DNA of 63,969 nt, the filler included, from Ministeria vibrans ATCC 50519 (Eukaryota; Protista; Filasterea), in assembly GCA_943704425.1 (NCBI GenBank). It is 6 parts of 6 records of this genome, joined end to end, with 100 filler letters (N's around TTAATTAATTAA, not from the genome) between each part and the next. Parts side by side here need not be neighbours in the genome. Positions count along the whole stretch, not along the records: positions 1 to 11,010 come from CALSCP010002273.1; positions 11,111 to 14,040 come from CALSCP010002786.1; 4 more parts are not named here. One strand, written 5' to 3'. The notes below the pieces were generated by a model. The model had not been told where the DNA came from, did no database searches, and saw only the letters and a list, made by a program, of their open reading frames with translations. The position numbers and the translations under genes were made by a program. Below are positions 1 through 11,916 of the stretch, one piece after another. Positions within the stretch are counted from its first letter, which is position 1; every line of letters starts with the position of its first letter.

Positions 1-87
1 GGAGTGTGAGAAGGCGCAAAAGACGAGTGCGATCAATTGGATGTGAGAGAGAGAGAGACACACACACACACACACACACGTTCTTAC

Positions 88-1588
88 ACAGCTTGGTCGT
101 CGAGCTCATCACCAATAGCCACACCAATCTGCTTCAACTGTCGCACACTTTTGCCGACCATTTCAAGTTCCTCATCTTGATTCTCCATCAGCAGCTGCAA
201 CACACCACGACTCAATCAATCACACACGCTCTTTCTCACTTTTCAACGGACCCGTTCTGCCTCTCTCTCCTCTCTCTAAGACTCATGACTCTGCTCTTCA
301 CTTACTTGTTGCCGTCGCGACTCTCCTTCAATGAAACTGTTATTGTCGTTCTCCAGTTCCCGATCCAACTTTTCAAATCTGTCAAATCCCTACGCATCCA
401 CACACAAAAAATGCATTAGATTCGTCCACACACGCACGCATTCACTCAGCCACGTACAACCGATTTCTTTCCCTTGTGTTGCAACAGTGCATTTCTCTGT
501 TGTTGAGCCGCCTATTCAAAAAAACCCCCCCACAACACATATAATTATCAAGACGTTTGTTGTATTGTGAATCAACTTACCTGTCCTTTGATTTGCTTCA
601 TGTCTTCACGAATCTGACCGACTTGTTCCGTTGTGTTTTGAATGAACCTTCGTCGCTCGCTGATAATATCCTCTGCAACATGTAATAGGGAATATCAACC
701 CAACTCCTTCCACCTCTGTTTTAACCTTACGTGTCAAGTTAAACTTCTCCAACCCATTTCGCAGCACTTGCGCAATGGTTTCATCCAAATCCTCCAGATC
801 ATCTTCGACACTCCGCAGCTTCTCTTGCAACTGTGATAAAAAGGGCATCCATGAACACAGAGCAATCATCACAAAACACTCTTATGAATACACTCACTGT
901 CTTGTCCCAAATTCACATCATCAAATTCACAACAACAACAACATCATCATCATCATTATTGTGATCATCATCACATCGCACACACACACTCTCTCTCTCT
1001 ATTGATGACATAATATTCTGTTGTCCTTTGTACAAACCAGAAACACTCTTGCGAGTACCACACTCGCCATCTCGCATCAAACACCCCCCAACACTACATG
1101 TACTATGCTCAAAAACACTCAAAGGCGTCGCTAGCGTGCGCTCTAGGCAGCGAACAGCGCGTCATTCCACCGCAAAACTCCCTTTGCATTCTTTGACGAA
1201 ACGCTCTTCTAAAAACCACACTGAAAATGGCGTGGAAGAATCGAAATCGACCGACACGGCGGTCCCGAGGGACTACCAGATGGCACCAAGGCTCGTCGCC
1301 CCGAATGGCAGCGATGCAAGAGGACGCAACTGCCACAACAGAGCGAGACTTTCCCGTTTTTTTCTTCTCCTTTTTTTTCTTTCCTCACTCTGTGCGTTTT
1401 TCCCACCACAACGCAGCGCAAGAGTGAACTACACCCACGGCACATACCTCGTCTTTGGTCCAGGTGCACTCGTTGCTGCTTGGATTCGACTGGATAAGGT
1501 CGCTCCATCGCGAATAGAGTGCCCGACATGTCTTCAGCGACCCCACCACTTCGTCGCGCACCACGTCAAAGGGATCCTCAAACGACAT
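88..1588 (-). CDS. STX6: Syntaxin-6/Tlg1-like Qc-SNARE (3' end runs off the window)
   Basis: Spliced exons give MSFEDPFDVVRDEV...LRSVEDDLEDLDETIA (Syntaxin-6_N)...ISERRRFI...LMENQDEELEMVGKSVRQLKQIGVAIGDELDDQA (SNARE motif); GT-AG introns. Confidence 0.85.
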
Positions 1589-2014
1589 TGTATGATCTAC
1601 TTTCAATATGCTCTCTTGTTTGATCTTGAATAAAAAGAATTAAGAAGTAAACCAAATCAAAATTTTAGTAATAACTCATGAATAATGAAGACTGTAGGCA
1701 ATTCAAATTTCGATCACCAACGCCTCGGGTCTCAGGGCCGCCTCTACAACTTACAAGTTACAAATCTACATCACTGCGTTCTCACTGTTCTAAACCCCGA
1801 AATAGAACAGATTGTTAAATATTTTAATTTACGAATGATAAGAAAGGTACACAGCTTTCACACAGCTGCTATGAAGCTGCTATACAAACAAAAAAAACAA
1901 AGAGCAACGCAATACTGAATTATGCTGTGTTCTTCTTCTTAAGCTTTTTCTGATTACAACAGCAGTACACCATCAATAATAGAAATATAAAATAATATGT
2001 GCACTTTTTGGTCA

Positions 2015-5000
2015 TCACGAATTCATCACAAACATCCGCACGTTCCGCAGACATCCGGCGGCCGCAAAGGCCGTCTCTTCGGCCGGTGCCGCACACAGGC
2101 GCAGCAGCAAGTGGACCATGTCAGCCTCGTATAGTACCGAACAATTGGTATGATTGTGCGACAGCCCTTCGAGCGCCTGCGCCACCGCCGTGTGCACTGC
2201 CTCGTCCCGCTCTGGCCGTCGCAGAAAGTCAATGAGTGTCCACGCCACTCCTAAACTACCAAACCTCGTGCTGTTCTCCTCCTGCAAACGACAGCATGTA
2301 GCGATGGCACTTGACAAGTGTTGTCGCAAAAGCGATGGAATATCTGCCAGTCGCCTCTGTGTGAGCGCGGCCAAATGAGCAACCGCACCTGGGATTAAAA
2401 TTAATAGAATGACGATTAAAGACAGTAATAAACAATAGTAATTAATTATTATTTTTGATGTTCATCATTATTAAATTTCTTTCCTGCTGCTGTCGTACCG
2501 TGGTCAGTGAGCACAGCCAGGTTCTCTGGATCGCGCGCAATTTGTGCAATGACTGCACACACGCCAGCAAGTACCGAGTCACACGAGCTCTTGGCCAACA
2601 CACCCACGACTAGGTCAAGCCCCCCGAGGAAACTTCGAAGCTCCTCTGCACCCGTCTTTACATTGATGGCGCGCAAAAGGGCCGCCATAGTCCACGCCGC
2701 TTGGGCCACCACCGCATCATGCGGGTGCTTGAGCAACGAGAAGGCATAACGAAGCGTGTCGTGCTTGAGCAGCGTTGCCCCTGTGTCGTTCGATTTCGCA
2801 TCGTCGCCCTCACACATGAGCTCAACTGCCCGCAGTGTGTTCACAAGCAGCAGCAAATGCGTGCTCTTCAGCTGCTCTGCTATCGCCGCAAGTGCACTGC
2901 AAATGACCTCACTTTCGCGCACCACTGTACGTATACGCTGCACGGCAAGCACCTCCACTAGGATGCCTGTGACGGCCACACGCAGACGGTCACTAGAGCG
3001 CCCCAACAATCGGGCAGACACCACTTTCAAGAGGGTACCATTTGCGTCATCGGAATTCATATCGTCGCATCGAGTCTCAAGTGCCACTGCTACTGCTGCG
3101 TCGTCTGCATTTGCTTTGAGACAGCCCCACAGTGCGATGGCGCAGTCTGCTAGATTCTTAGCCTCCAAGGTCGTCCCATGATGATCATGGCCATGATCCG
3201 CGTTAGCGGTGTGGTCTTCATGAATCAGCCATCGAGTGAGAATAGAGACACACCCACGTGCACACACAAGCTGTCGCACTTCAAGGTCACGCAGAGCACA
3301 CTGTCCAATGGCGCGCGCAGCCAACACACGCAGACGCGGCATCTCCAACAAGGGCACAAACAACTCGACAACTCCCAGCGTGCGCATGGGTCGTCGCGTA
3401 CGTGCATCACGGCGCGCCAGCTCGCTCGCCAGTCCCACCAATGGCTCCCACAGCGCTTGGTCGGTGACACGCTGACTCGCGCGCAATTGATGGAGCACAA
3501 GTGCCAGTCGACGCAACACACCCACATTGTACATCGCCTGAGCGTTTGGCGTGTAGTGACTGCACTGCCAGAGCACACGAGCGACAGCAAAGGGTAGCGA
3601 TGCGGCACTGTACAATGGCAAGGGGGGATTTGATGAGATCGACGAGGAGGAGGATCGCCTGCGAACAAGCGCCGAACGTCGTTGCAAGAGCGTCTCGCCC
3701 AACTCACTGTTGCCGGAGAGCGACAGCTGCTTAACGAGTCGCTCAAAGGCACCCGGTAAATGCTCAAAGACGCGACGGTGTCGTGCCAACTTGACCATGT
3801 CGGCCATGAGAGTAGCAGCAAGCGTCTGGACCACTGCGCTGTTGTCATGCGAGTCGTCTCTTGCGCCACCAATCAGTCGTGTGAGTGAATAGAGCATGTC
3901 GTACTGAGCAAACTCAACACGCACAAAGGGAGACATGGCAAGGAGCATCTGCAGAGCACCATGGACACAGCGAACATTGTCGCTGTCAAGCAGGTTGATG
4001 ATCACTTCAAGTCCGCCCGCCTCGCACACGGCCAGCGCACTCTCCCTGCGTTTTTTATTGTTGTCGCGACGGATAGTCGAATTGAGCAGACTGAGCGCGA
4101 GCACCGTTGCCGTCTCATTCCCTCGCTTGAGCACAAGCAGTATTCTCTCAATATGCCAGTACTCCGCTGTGGTGAGGGAATTCGAAGTCGCCACATGAGT
4201 TAATGGCGACAGCTGACGCTGTTGTGATGGGATCTGTCGACCATGGCCATCGTCGTCGTCATCGCCATCGTCGTCATTATATATCTCCATGCTCATCATC
4301 TCGTCCATCAAGTCGCCCTCGTCAATAATATTACCATTCTTGTTAATGTCCCTTTCGCTGTTGCTGTCGTCGTCCTGCACCACTGTGACAGCAAACGAAG
4401 CGCCTTGGAACAGTGGCTCGCGTGACAAAGGCCGTACCCCACTTGTTGCTGAGCCAAGGCGTGCCAATGATGTGGAGTGTCCAACAGGGAGGCTGTCAAA
4501 GGAGGTGAGTCGACGGAGACGCGTGTGGTCACTTTTCGAGGTTGTCGCGGCGGCGCTGGGCAAGCGTTCGTGTCTTGACGGCGACGAGTCGATGCGCTGC
4601 AGTGAGCCATCAAACGAGTTGAGTCGCTTGTGGGTACGACGCGTAGACGAGGCAGAAGAGGAAGGGCGGCGTGTAGAGGAGACAGAAGAAGAAGAAGGGC
4701 GGCGTGTAGAGGAGACAGAAGAGGAGGGTCGTACTGGGGATGTCGACAGCGCAATTGTTGGTGGACTGACGCTTGACGCGATATCGATCGACGAGATCGA
4801 AGAACGACTGGATCCTTCTCGTTTCGAAGAGCCGCGACGATGCTTCTTGGTTGATCCACGACGTGGCGCAGAAGCTGGTGGTGCCTTGGCATCCACGAAG
4901 TTTTCCTTTTTGACGTTGTCATTGGCAACGTCCATGAGTCGCTGAATTACGCTCACCATACGCTCACTTGGCTCCAGTCGCTCGCACCATGAACTCTCAA

Positions 5001-5493
5001 TTGAGAGCGTTGTAGTGTCGTACAGCCTGCGGGCCACTGCTGGACCCAACACGGCGGAAGGGATATCGTGATTTTCTTTGGAAAAATGTAAACAAAAGAA
5101 TAAACTCGCGGCAATGCACCGAAAGTGACGTGAAGCCCTGAATTTCGTACCTCTCAAACAAACACGAAGCTCCGACAAACCATCGTCTGGAAGAAGCGAC
5201 AACAGGAGATGCAAGGAATGAAAGGTACAAGCGGACAGACGCCGCTGGCACATTGACAAGACGCAAAGTGACGTGCCGACATCCACAATTTCGCTCTCGT
5301 CGTCGTTCCAAGCAAAGGAAACGTTATCATCGTCGACGTACTCAAGGAGAGTCTCGGGTTGCAGGCGGGTGGTCCATTGCAGTGGTGAGGAGAACTTGAT
5401 CTCTCTAAGAATTGAGTCCTGCGAGATTGTCGCAATTTCTGCTCGCAGCGAGCCTATTGGATCTGAGGAGACGGAGCTCTGCTGCGCGCCCAT
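2015..5493 (-). CDS. ODAD2: Armadillo-repeat outer dynein arm docking complex subunit 2 (ARMC4)
   Basis: EYWHIERILLVLKRGNETATVLAL, ELRSFLGGLDLVV, IARDPENLAVLTDHG and AAAGCLRNVR match ARMC4 blocks; single intron 2389-2498. Confidence 0.85.
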
Positions 5494-5617
5494 ACCCACA
5501 GTTTTACAACTAAACGGGTTTAGAATACTAATAATTTAATTATACTTTGTACTTCTGTTTTGTTTGATACTTTGTTTACAAATTTAGAAAAAGTCAAAAT
5601 TAAAATTTTTAGTAACA

Positions 5618-7707
5618 ATGTCTGGACCATTTGAGCACATCATGGCCCAGTGTGCCACACTGAAACCGTCGGCAACGCTTGCCATCAACGAACGGTCGAA
5701 ACAACTTCAGGTACAAAAATGATTGACACACTCACACTCACACTCACACGATCTCGCGTCTCTCATTTGTCAGGCCGAAGGACGCAGCGTTGTGCGTTTC
5801 GGACTGGGCCAGTCTCCCTTTCCCGTGCCCGATTGTGTCGTTCAGGCGCTTCGTGAAAATGCCCACCAAAAGGATGTAAGTCATCCCAACTCGGTTGTAT
5901 ATCGCAACCCCCAAAGAGTCCCGACGCCCGCACAGGCGGGACAAGAGTGTATCATGAATGCGGACGAGACTGCGCACTCGATTGTTTCTTCATTATTGTT
6001 TCTGACGCGTTTCTTTTTGTTTCAGTATCTCGCCGTGCAAGGACTTCCTCAGTTGCGCGAGGCGGTGGCAGCGTACCACACGCGCGAAACTGGCAATGAC
6101 TACACCGCAGACAATGTCATGATTGGTCCTGGTAGCAAAGAACTCTTGTTCCTGGTCCAGGTATTACTAACTCCCCATATGTGTGTGTGTGTGTGAGTCG
6201 AGTGTGTGTGTTGATGGCACACTCGCACAAGACGTAGACTCATACAACTCGACGGTTTAACTTAGATGTTGTACGAACCCGACGAACTTCTTCTGTCACG
6301 GCCTTCGTGGGGTGAGCGAGCAAGAGAAACAAAGTCGCAAGAGAACGCTAAACCCTTGTTGCAATGCTTTTCAGTGAGTTATGCACCGCAATCCGATATT
6401 TTGTCCAAACCCGCACACACCGAAGCGCACAGCGTGCGTTTCATCAAGAGCGGCTCCGATGAAAACGGGTGGCGTTTGCAAGCAACAGACCTTGACAAAG
6501 TAATACTCGAATATACTGTCTCACGCGCTCTCCCCCTCCGACGCTTCTCGTTTTGTTTTGCGCACGCGCTCTCCCTCACTCTCTCAATCCCCTTTGTTCT
6601 TTCTCCTTTATTTGTGTTTCTCTCTCTTTCTTTCTTTCAGGCGTGCACAGAGAATGGCGAGCGTCGCCGCCTCCTCATCCTCAACTATCCCAACAACCCG
6701 GCCGGCACGACGTACACAGCCGACCAGCTGCGCGACATTGCCGCAGTGTGTCGCAAGCACCGCATTCTTGTCATTGCCGACGAAATCTACAGCGAACTTC
6801 ATTTTACCGGCTCACAAACATCCATTGCTAAGTTCTATCCCGAGGTATATAGTTCACTTCCTCTTCCCCTCACCCAGACGACAAATATATACGCTTTCTC
6901 TTCACAGGGCTCAATCATCACTGCGGGGCTTTCCAAGTGGTGCGGTGCGGGTGGATGGCGACTGGGCACACTGTGCCTCCCTTCGTCGCTTTCCTACCTC
7001 ATGCGCGCGCTCTGTGGCGTTGCCAGCGAAACTTTCACCTCCGTCTCGGCACCCATTCAGTTTGCTGCTGTGCGTGCCTTTGCTGGCTCCCCCGAGATTG
7101 ATGACTATCTGCGCCGCTCGCGCATTGTCCTCAAGGTTATTGGCTCCTTTGTTGCTCGCGAGTTGCGCAGTGTTCATGTTGCCTGCTCTGATCCTGAGGT
7201 TGGAGAAATTATGAATGCCATAGCAATTAATTATAATATTAAATTAATTAGTATTGTACTAATCAATAATAATAATAATAATAATTATTATTATAATATT
7301 TTTATTGTTAGGGCGGATTTTATGTTTTTGTGACGGTTCCTCCACTGCGAGATGAATCAATGACGTCTGCTCAGATGTGCGAGAGTATTCTCAATGATGC
7401 TGGTGTTGCCATGCTTCCTGGTTCGTGCTTTGGCGTAGAATCGGAGCTCACGGTAAAATTATTCATTCAACAGACAATAATAATAATAGTATTATTATTA
7501 TTATATCAATGTCTTTGTTGTTAACCCTAACCCTAACCCTAACCCTAGTTTCGACTCGCCTTTGTCGATTTTGACGGAGCCGAGGCCCTTGCCAGTGCAG
7601 ATTCGGCTGTAACGGACGAAATGCTTTGGTTGCGCACTCATTGTCCCCGTGTGGTTCAAGGAATGTCGAGCCTTTGCGATTGGATCACAGCGAACGCAAA
7701 AAAATAA
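5618..7707 (+). CDS. PLP-dependent class I/II (aspartate-type) aminotransferase
   Basis: 9 exons: SATLAINE, FGLGQSPFPVP, GPGSKE, LNYPNNPAG, ADEIY, GLSKWCGAGGWRLG (PLP lysine). Confidence 0.9.
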
Positions 7708-7756
7708 TAAACAACAATAACACACACGAATAATTATTTCTATTATTATTATTATT

Positions 7757-10313
7757 ATGCCCCCTCAAAGAACAGCTTCGCGTAAGCGAGGATCGACAGG
7801 AAAAGACTCGCGTTTGTCTTCGTCCGCATCGTCGGAGAAACGAGCAGTGGCGTCGCCAAAGGACCCGACCTCGACGTCCGTCGATGTGTTCGTTGCCACG
7901 GGCAACCTCGTTGTGGACTTGGCAAACGCAAGTCGCATCCTTGATTTACAGGAGAGTGTTGTTGTAATACCTCGTCTGACAGAGACACAGAAGCAGCTGC
8001 GTCGGGCACACGAATCGGAACAGGAGCGGCTTCGACAAGAAGCGCTGGCTGAAAGTTTGCGCCAACGCAACATTGCAACTGGCAGTACCGAATCACCCAG
8101 CTCAGCTACACGAGCCCGTTCCGAGAGTACCTCACGTCTGGCTCGACGCAAGTCCATTAAGTCAGGTACATGCTTTTTCGAACGCGAAATGACAGAAATT
8201 GACTTCTTTCCTTCCAAATCTATAGGTCGATCTGGTGCACCGGCTCACAGTGTCGCGGGCAGTGCTACGCCTGCTGCAACGGCACCCGTTGCTGTCAGTA
8301 CTAGTCCGGTTCAGTCACTTGCGTGTGTGTCGTCGTCCATCTCCGTGGCGACGACTGTCATTGATGGAGATGAACGCGTTGTGCAGTCGCGACGGGGAGC
8401 ACACGAATTGCGACCCAAACTCAAGCGTTGCTTTGAGCTGGTGCGCGAGAGTGACACCGAATTTGATTTTGGTAGCCCAACCACACCTGTCGCTCTACTG
8501 AACGAAAAGCATCCAGCCACAACAACATCATCATCCAACAAACACATCAACTCCAACATCCCCAGCAGCAGCAGTGCAGCCGTGGTGATTCCCCACACGG
8601 TTGCAGTCAACACACCTGTCAGTGAACTGCACATTCGCGGCTGGGTCCCCGACTTGCAAGCGATGCAACTCCTCAGCATGGCCTTTATGAGTACTTCACC
8701 TAGTGCCACCACCACGTGTACCATCACTTCCGCACCAATCACCTGCGCGTCACTCCACCACATCTCACTATGGAATGCGTCGCTCACAAGCATCACTCTG
8801 CCAGCCCTCCTGGCCGCACTGCCACCCCACCTTGATTCACTCACCCTCGACTACTCACTCACCGCCATTTCACTTGAGGCGCTGTCGTGTGCCCTCCCCA
8901 ACCTCTTCAAAGGTATGACGTCTCTAATCTCAATGCCTTCATACGAACTTCATACATCAATTTCACATCAATTATGGACTGATTCAACCATGAATGAGTA
9001 CAGTGCGCTCCGTCTCGCTCCGCGGCAACCACTTTGACGACACACATGCACAGGCTATCGCAACCGCACTGCTCCCCAACGACGACATAGGGACACCCAC
9101 TGGAACCACACCAACAGCAGCAGCAGCACTAGAAGCAGAAGGCGGAACAGCGTCTGGCGCTGTACTTCAAGTACAGGTGTTGGACTTGGCGCTGAACCGT
9201 ATTGGCGATATTGGTTGTGTCGCCATTGGGAACGCACTCAAACGCAACAGGTAATAAGTGCCTACGCACGCAGGACGAAATTATGATTGTTTTTTTTTTT
9301 TTTTTCCTTGCCCCTACTAGAACACTCGTGTCGCTGGGTTTGGGACAAAACTGCATTGGGGATGAGGGGGTGGAGCACTTGGGTGGAGTGTTGTCACGGT
9401 ATGCTTTGAGTCAGAGTGAGATTGTGGAGCGCAGACGGTACTGCGCACACGAGCGAGACGCACAGGAGCGGAGTGAGGCAGAGGCTCGGGCACCCATGAG
9501 TCAGGCTGAGAGTAGTTGTGAGAGCCTGTATACGCATGGAGGCAAACGGCGCCCCACAACGTCGTCGAGACAGTCGCAGCAGCAGCAGCAGCAACAACAA
9601 CAGCGTAGTGGTGGACGAGCGAGTGCCAAGGGACAGCGCGCGTCGTCGTCGCATGCACAGACCACGGCGCATGCTAGCTCAAGCCGACGGAGCAGCACAG
9701 CAAGCAATTCTGCTGCGTCTGTGCCTGCACATGCGAGTACTAGTTCACTCAAGAGTGGTTCGCCGGCAGTGAAGAAGCGCTCCTCCAAGAGCGGCACAAC
9801 AAAAGGACGCGCGAGTACTGCTTCTGCTGCTGCGATGGCGTCTGTTGACGATGCTGGCCTGACAGTGGTGTCCTTTGGTACGCCGTTGCGGGAGTCGTGG
9901 CAAGCGGAAGAATGGGAAGGGAAGAGGGTGTTTGTGGCGGAAGGAAATCGCATGTTGGCAAGAGTGTCTCTCGTTGGCAACGCGCGCCTGAGCGAGCGTG
10001 GTGTCCGTGCAATGTTGAAGTGTGTCCAGCTGCAGCACCAAGAGTACGTAGCGTACTTGACCGAAGTTGCACAGAAGAGTGCGAGTATCGAGCATCTTGA
10101 GACGGTGCCACTGAAGCCAGTGGCTGGGCTTTTGCGAGTGCGTCTGCCCGTAAGTGTTCGACCGTACTCATTTATAATTGGCTTTTTTTATGGGTTTGTT
10201 TTTGTTAGAGTTGCGAAGCTACGACGGAGATTAGTCAACTGATGAGGTTGAGAAATGATCCAGCAAAGATTCGAGCGGTTCTGACTGGACAATTACACAC
10301 TGACTCACAATGA
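7757..10313 (+). CDS. LRRC71: Leucine-rich repeat protein, LRRC71-like
   Basis: ELHIRGW, ISLWNASLT, LDLALNRIGDIG, NRTLVSLGLGQNCIGDEG, LSQSEIVERRR and GNRMLARVSL match LRRC71 organisation; 4 introns. Confidence 0.7.
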
Positions 10314-10680
10314 ATTATTTCGATGGGCCAACGACGATCTGGTCTCCAAATACCGGACCGCGCGGTTGTGATAGTATATTTCTCCGCTCCCACCTCAAAT
10401 CGCAATTGTCTTCTTGAGAGTCGTTTGTTCGCTACTGTCGTTCCAAAGTATATTGAAAGTGAAAAATATTATGAATTAATAAGTAAAAATTTTACTCACG
10501 GAGATGAAAATATAATACATTATACAACAAAGAGTAATACAATGCTGAATTGAGTGAATACCTCTGCCACACGCTATCTCCAAGAAGATTAGGAATAATA
10601 AAAATTGTTTACTCAAGAGTCAAGTTCTCAGCTATTACTTATTTGTTAGCATATTTTTTCTTTTTGATTCGCGTTCCGTC

Positions 10681-10744
10681 ATGAGCAAGGCAGTACCCGG
10701 CGGGCAGGCCGCCAAAGTGTGTCAGTTCAAGCTTGTCCTCCTCG
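10681..10744 (+). CDS. RAB5: Rab5 GTPase, first exon only (rest lost in scaffold gap)
   Basis: MSKAVPGGQAAKVCQFKLVLLG followed by a GT donor; CQFKLVLLG is typical of Rab5. Confidence 0.75.
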
Positions 10745-11010
10745 GTATGCGCCCTCCGCTCGCCCCAGCCTTCTCCGTTTTTGCTCTACGCCGCTCCTTC
10801 CCCTCCATTTCGCTGGCGTGGCACTGTCACGACCATTGCGCTTCACTTCTCAGCGGTTTCCCACCCGTCTCTCCTTCTCCCCCCGCCCCGCCACCCCGCC
10901 TCTGCGTCTTCAACCCCTCTACATGTCTTCCCCCTGCGCGTACTCCCTCACGCTGCTTCTCTATGGCGTTTTTTTTTTTCGTCTCAGTGTTCGCCTCTTT
11001 CTTTGCTTTT

Positions 11011-11110
11011 NNNNNNNNNNNNNNNNNNNNNNNNNNNNNNNNNNNNNNNNNNNNTTAATTAATTAANNNNNNNNNNNNNNNNNNNNNNNNNNNNNNNNNN
11101 NNNNNNNNNN
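11011..11110. other. Artificial scaffold spacer (N-run, TTAATTAATTAA, N-run)
   Basis: Six-frame stop linker; the same 100-nt spacer occurs at 14041-14140, 16497-16596, 33357-33456 and 61019-61118. Confidence 0.95.
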
Positions 11111-11195
<85 letters not shown>

Positions 11196-11266
11196 CGACG
11201 TTTCTTTTTTTCTCAATTTCTGTTCGTTTCTTTCGCTCTTGGCGGCGGTTGCTTGGCTGACAACAG

Positions 11267-11844
11267 TCGGACAAGAGACAAAAGGTCGAGAAGAAGAAGG
11301 AGCCGCCGATTCTGGACCTGGGGCGTCTGCTGGACAAGCGGATCACAATCAAGTTTCATGGAGGCCGTGAAGGTATGAGGGGCACTTTGAGAGCAGTGCT
11401 GTGCGGCTGGAAGGACGCCTGCTGACGCCCGCCGCCCACTCCCCATGCGGGGGGGCTGGCTGCTGTGTTGTGCTTGTAGCGACGGGCATTCTCAAGGGGT
11501 TCGACCAGCTGATGAATGTGGTGCTGGACGAGACGGAGGAGAGTCTGCGCGGTATACTGTCGCCCTCTCCACTCCCAACCACTCACATCTCTTTGCCTTT
11601 TGTTTTTGTTTTTTTCTGTGTCTTTTTTGTTTTTTGGGGGGTGGGTGTGGGTGGGTGTGTTCCTGTTGCAGACCCTGAAGACCCTTACCGTACAACGGAA
11701 GAGACGCGCAAGCTGGGACTGGTGGTGGCGCGAGGCACAACGATTGTGCTGATCTGCCCGACGGACGGAGTGGAGCCCATTGCGAATCCCTTTGTCGACG
11801 ACGACGACGAAGACGAAGAGGACGACGAAGACGAAGCACAGTAG
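11267..11844 (+). CDS. LSM7: U6 snRNA-associated Sm-like protein LSm7 (start exon missing)
   Basis: KKEPPILDLGRLLDKRITIKFHGGRE|ATGILKGFDQLMNVVLD...|DPEDPY...TRKLGLVVARGTTIVLICP..NPF. Confidence 0.92.
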
Positions 11845-11916
11845 TATAGTGGAAGGGGATAAAGCAAAAAGAAGCAAACGAAAGGGTGTACAATACAATG
11901 AATACAAACGGACGCG

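Noticed and set aside
10325-10370. tRNA-Trp-like stem-loop CTGGT-CTCCAAAT-ACCGG
   Set aside because: 8-nt loop, with no TTCG T-loop, D-arm or acceptor stem.
11011-11110. Recurrent TTAATTAATTAA palindrome between N-runs (five copies)
   Set aside because: Artificial six-frame-stop scaffold linker. Gene adjacency across it (e.g. RAB5-LSM7, COPB2-BMS1) is unreliable.
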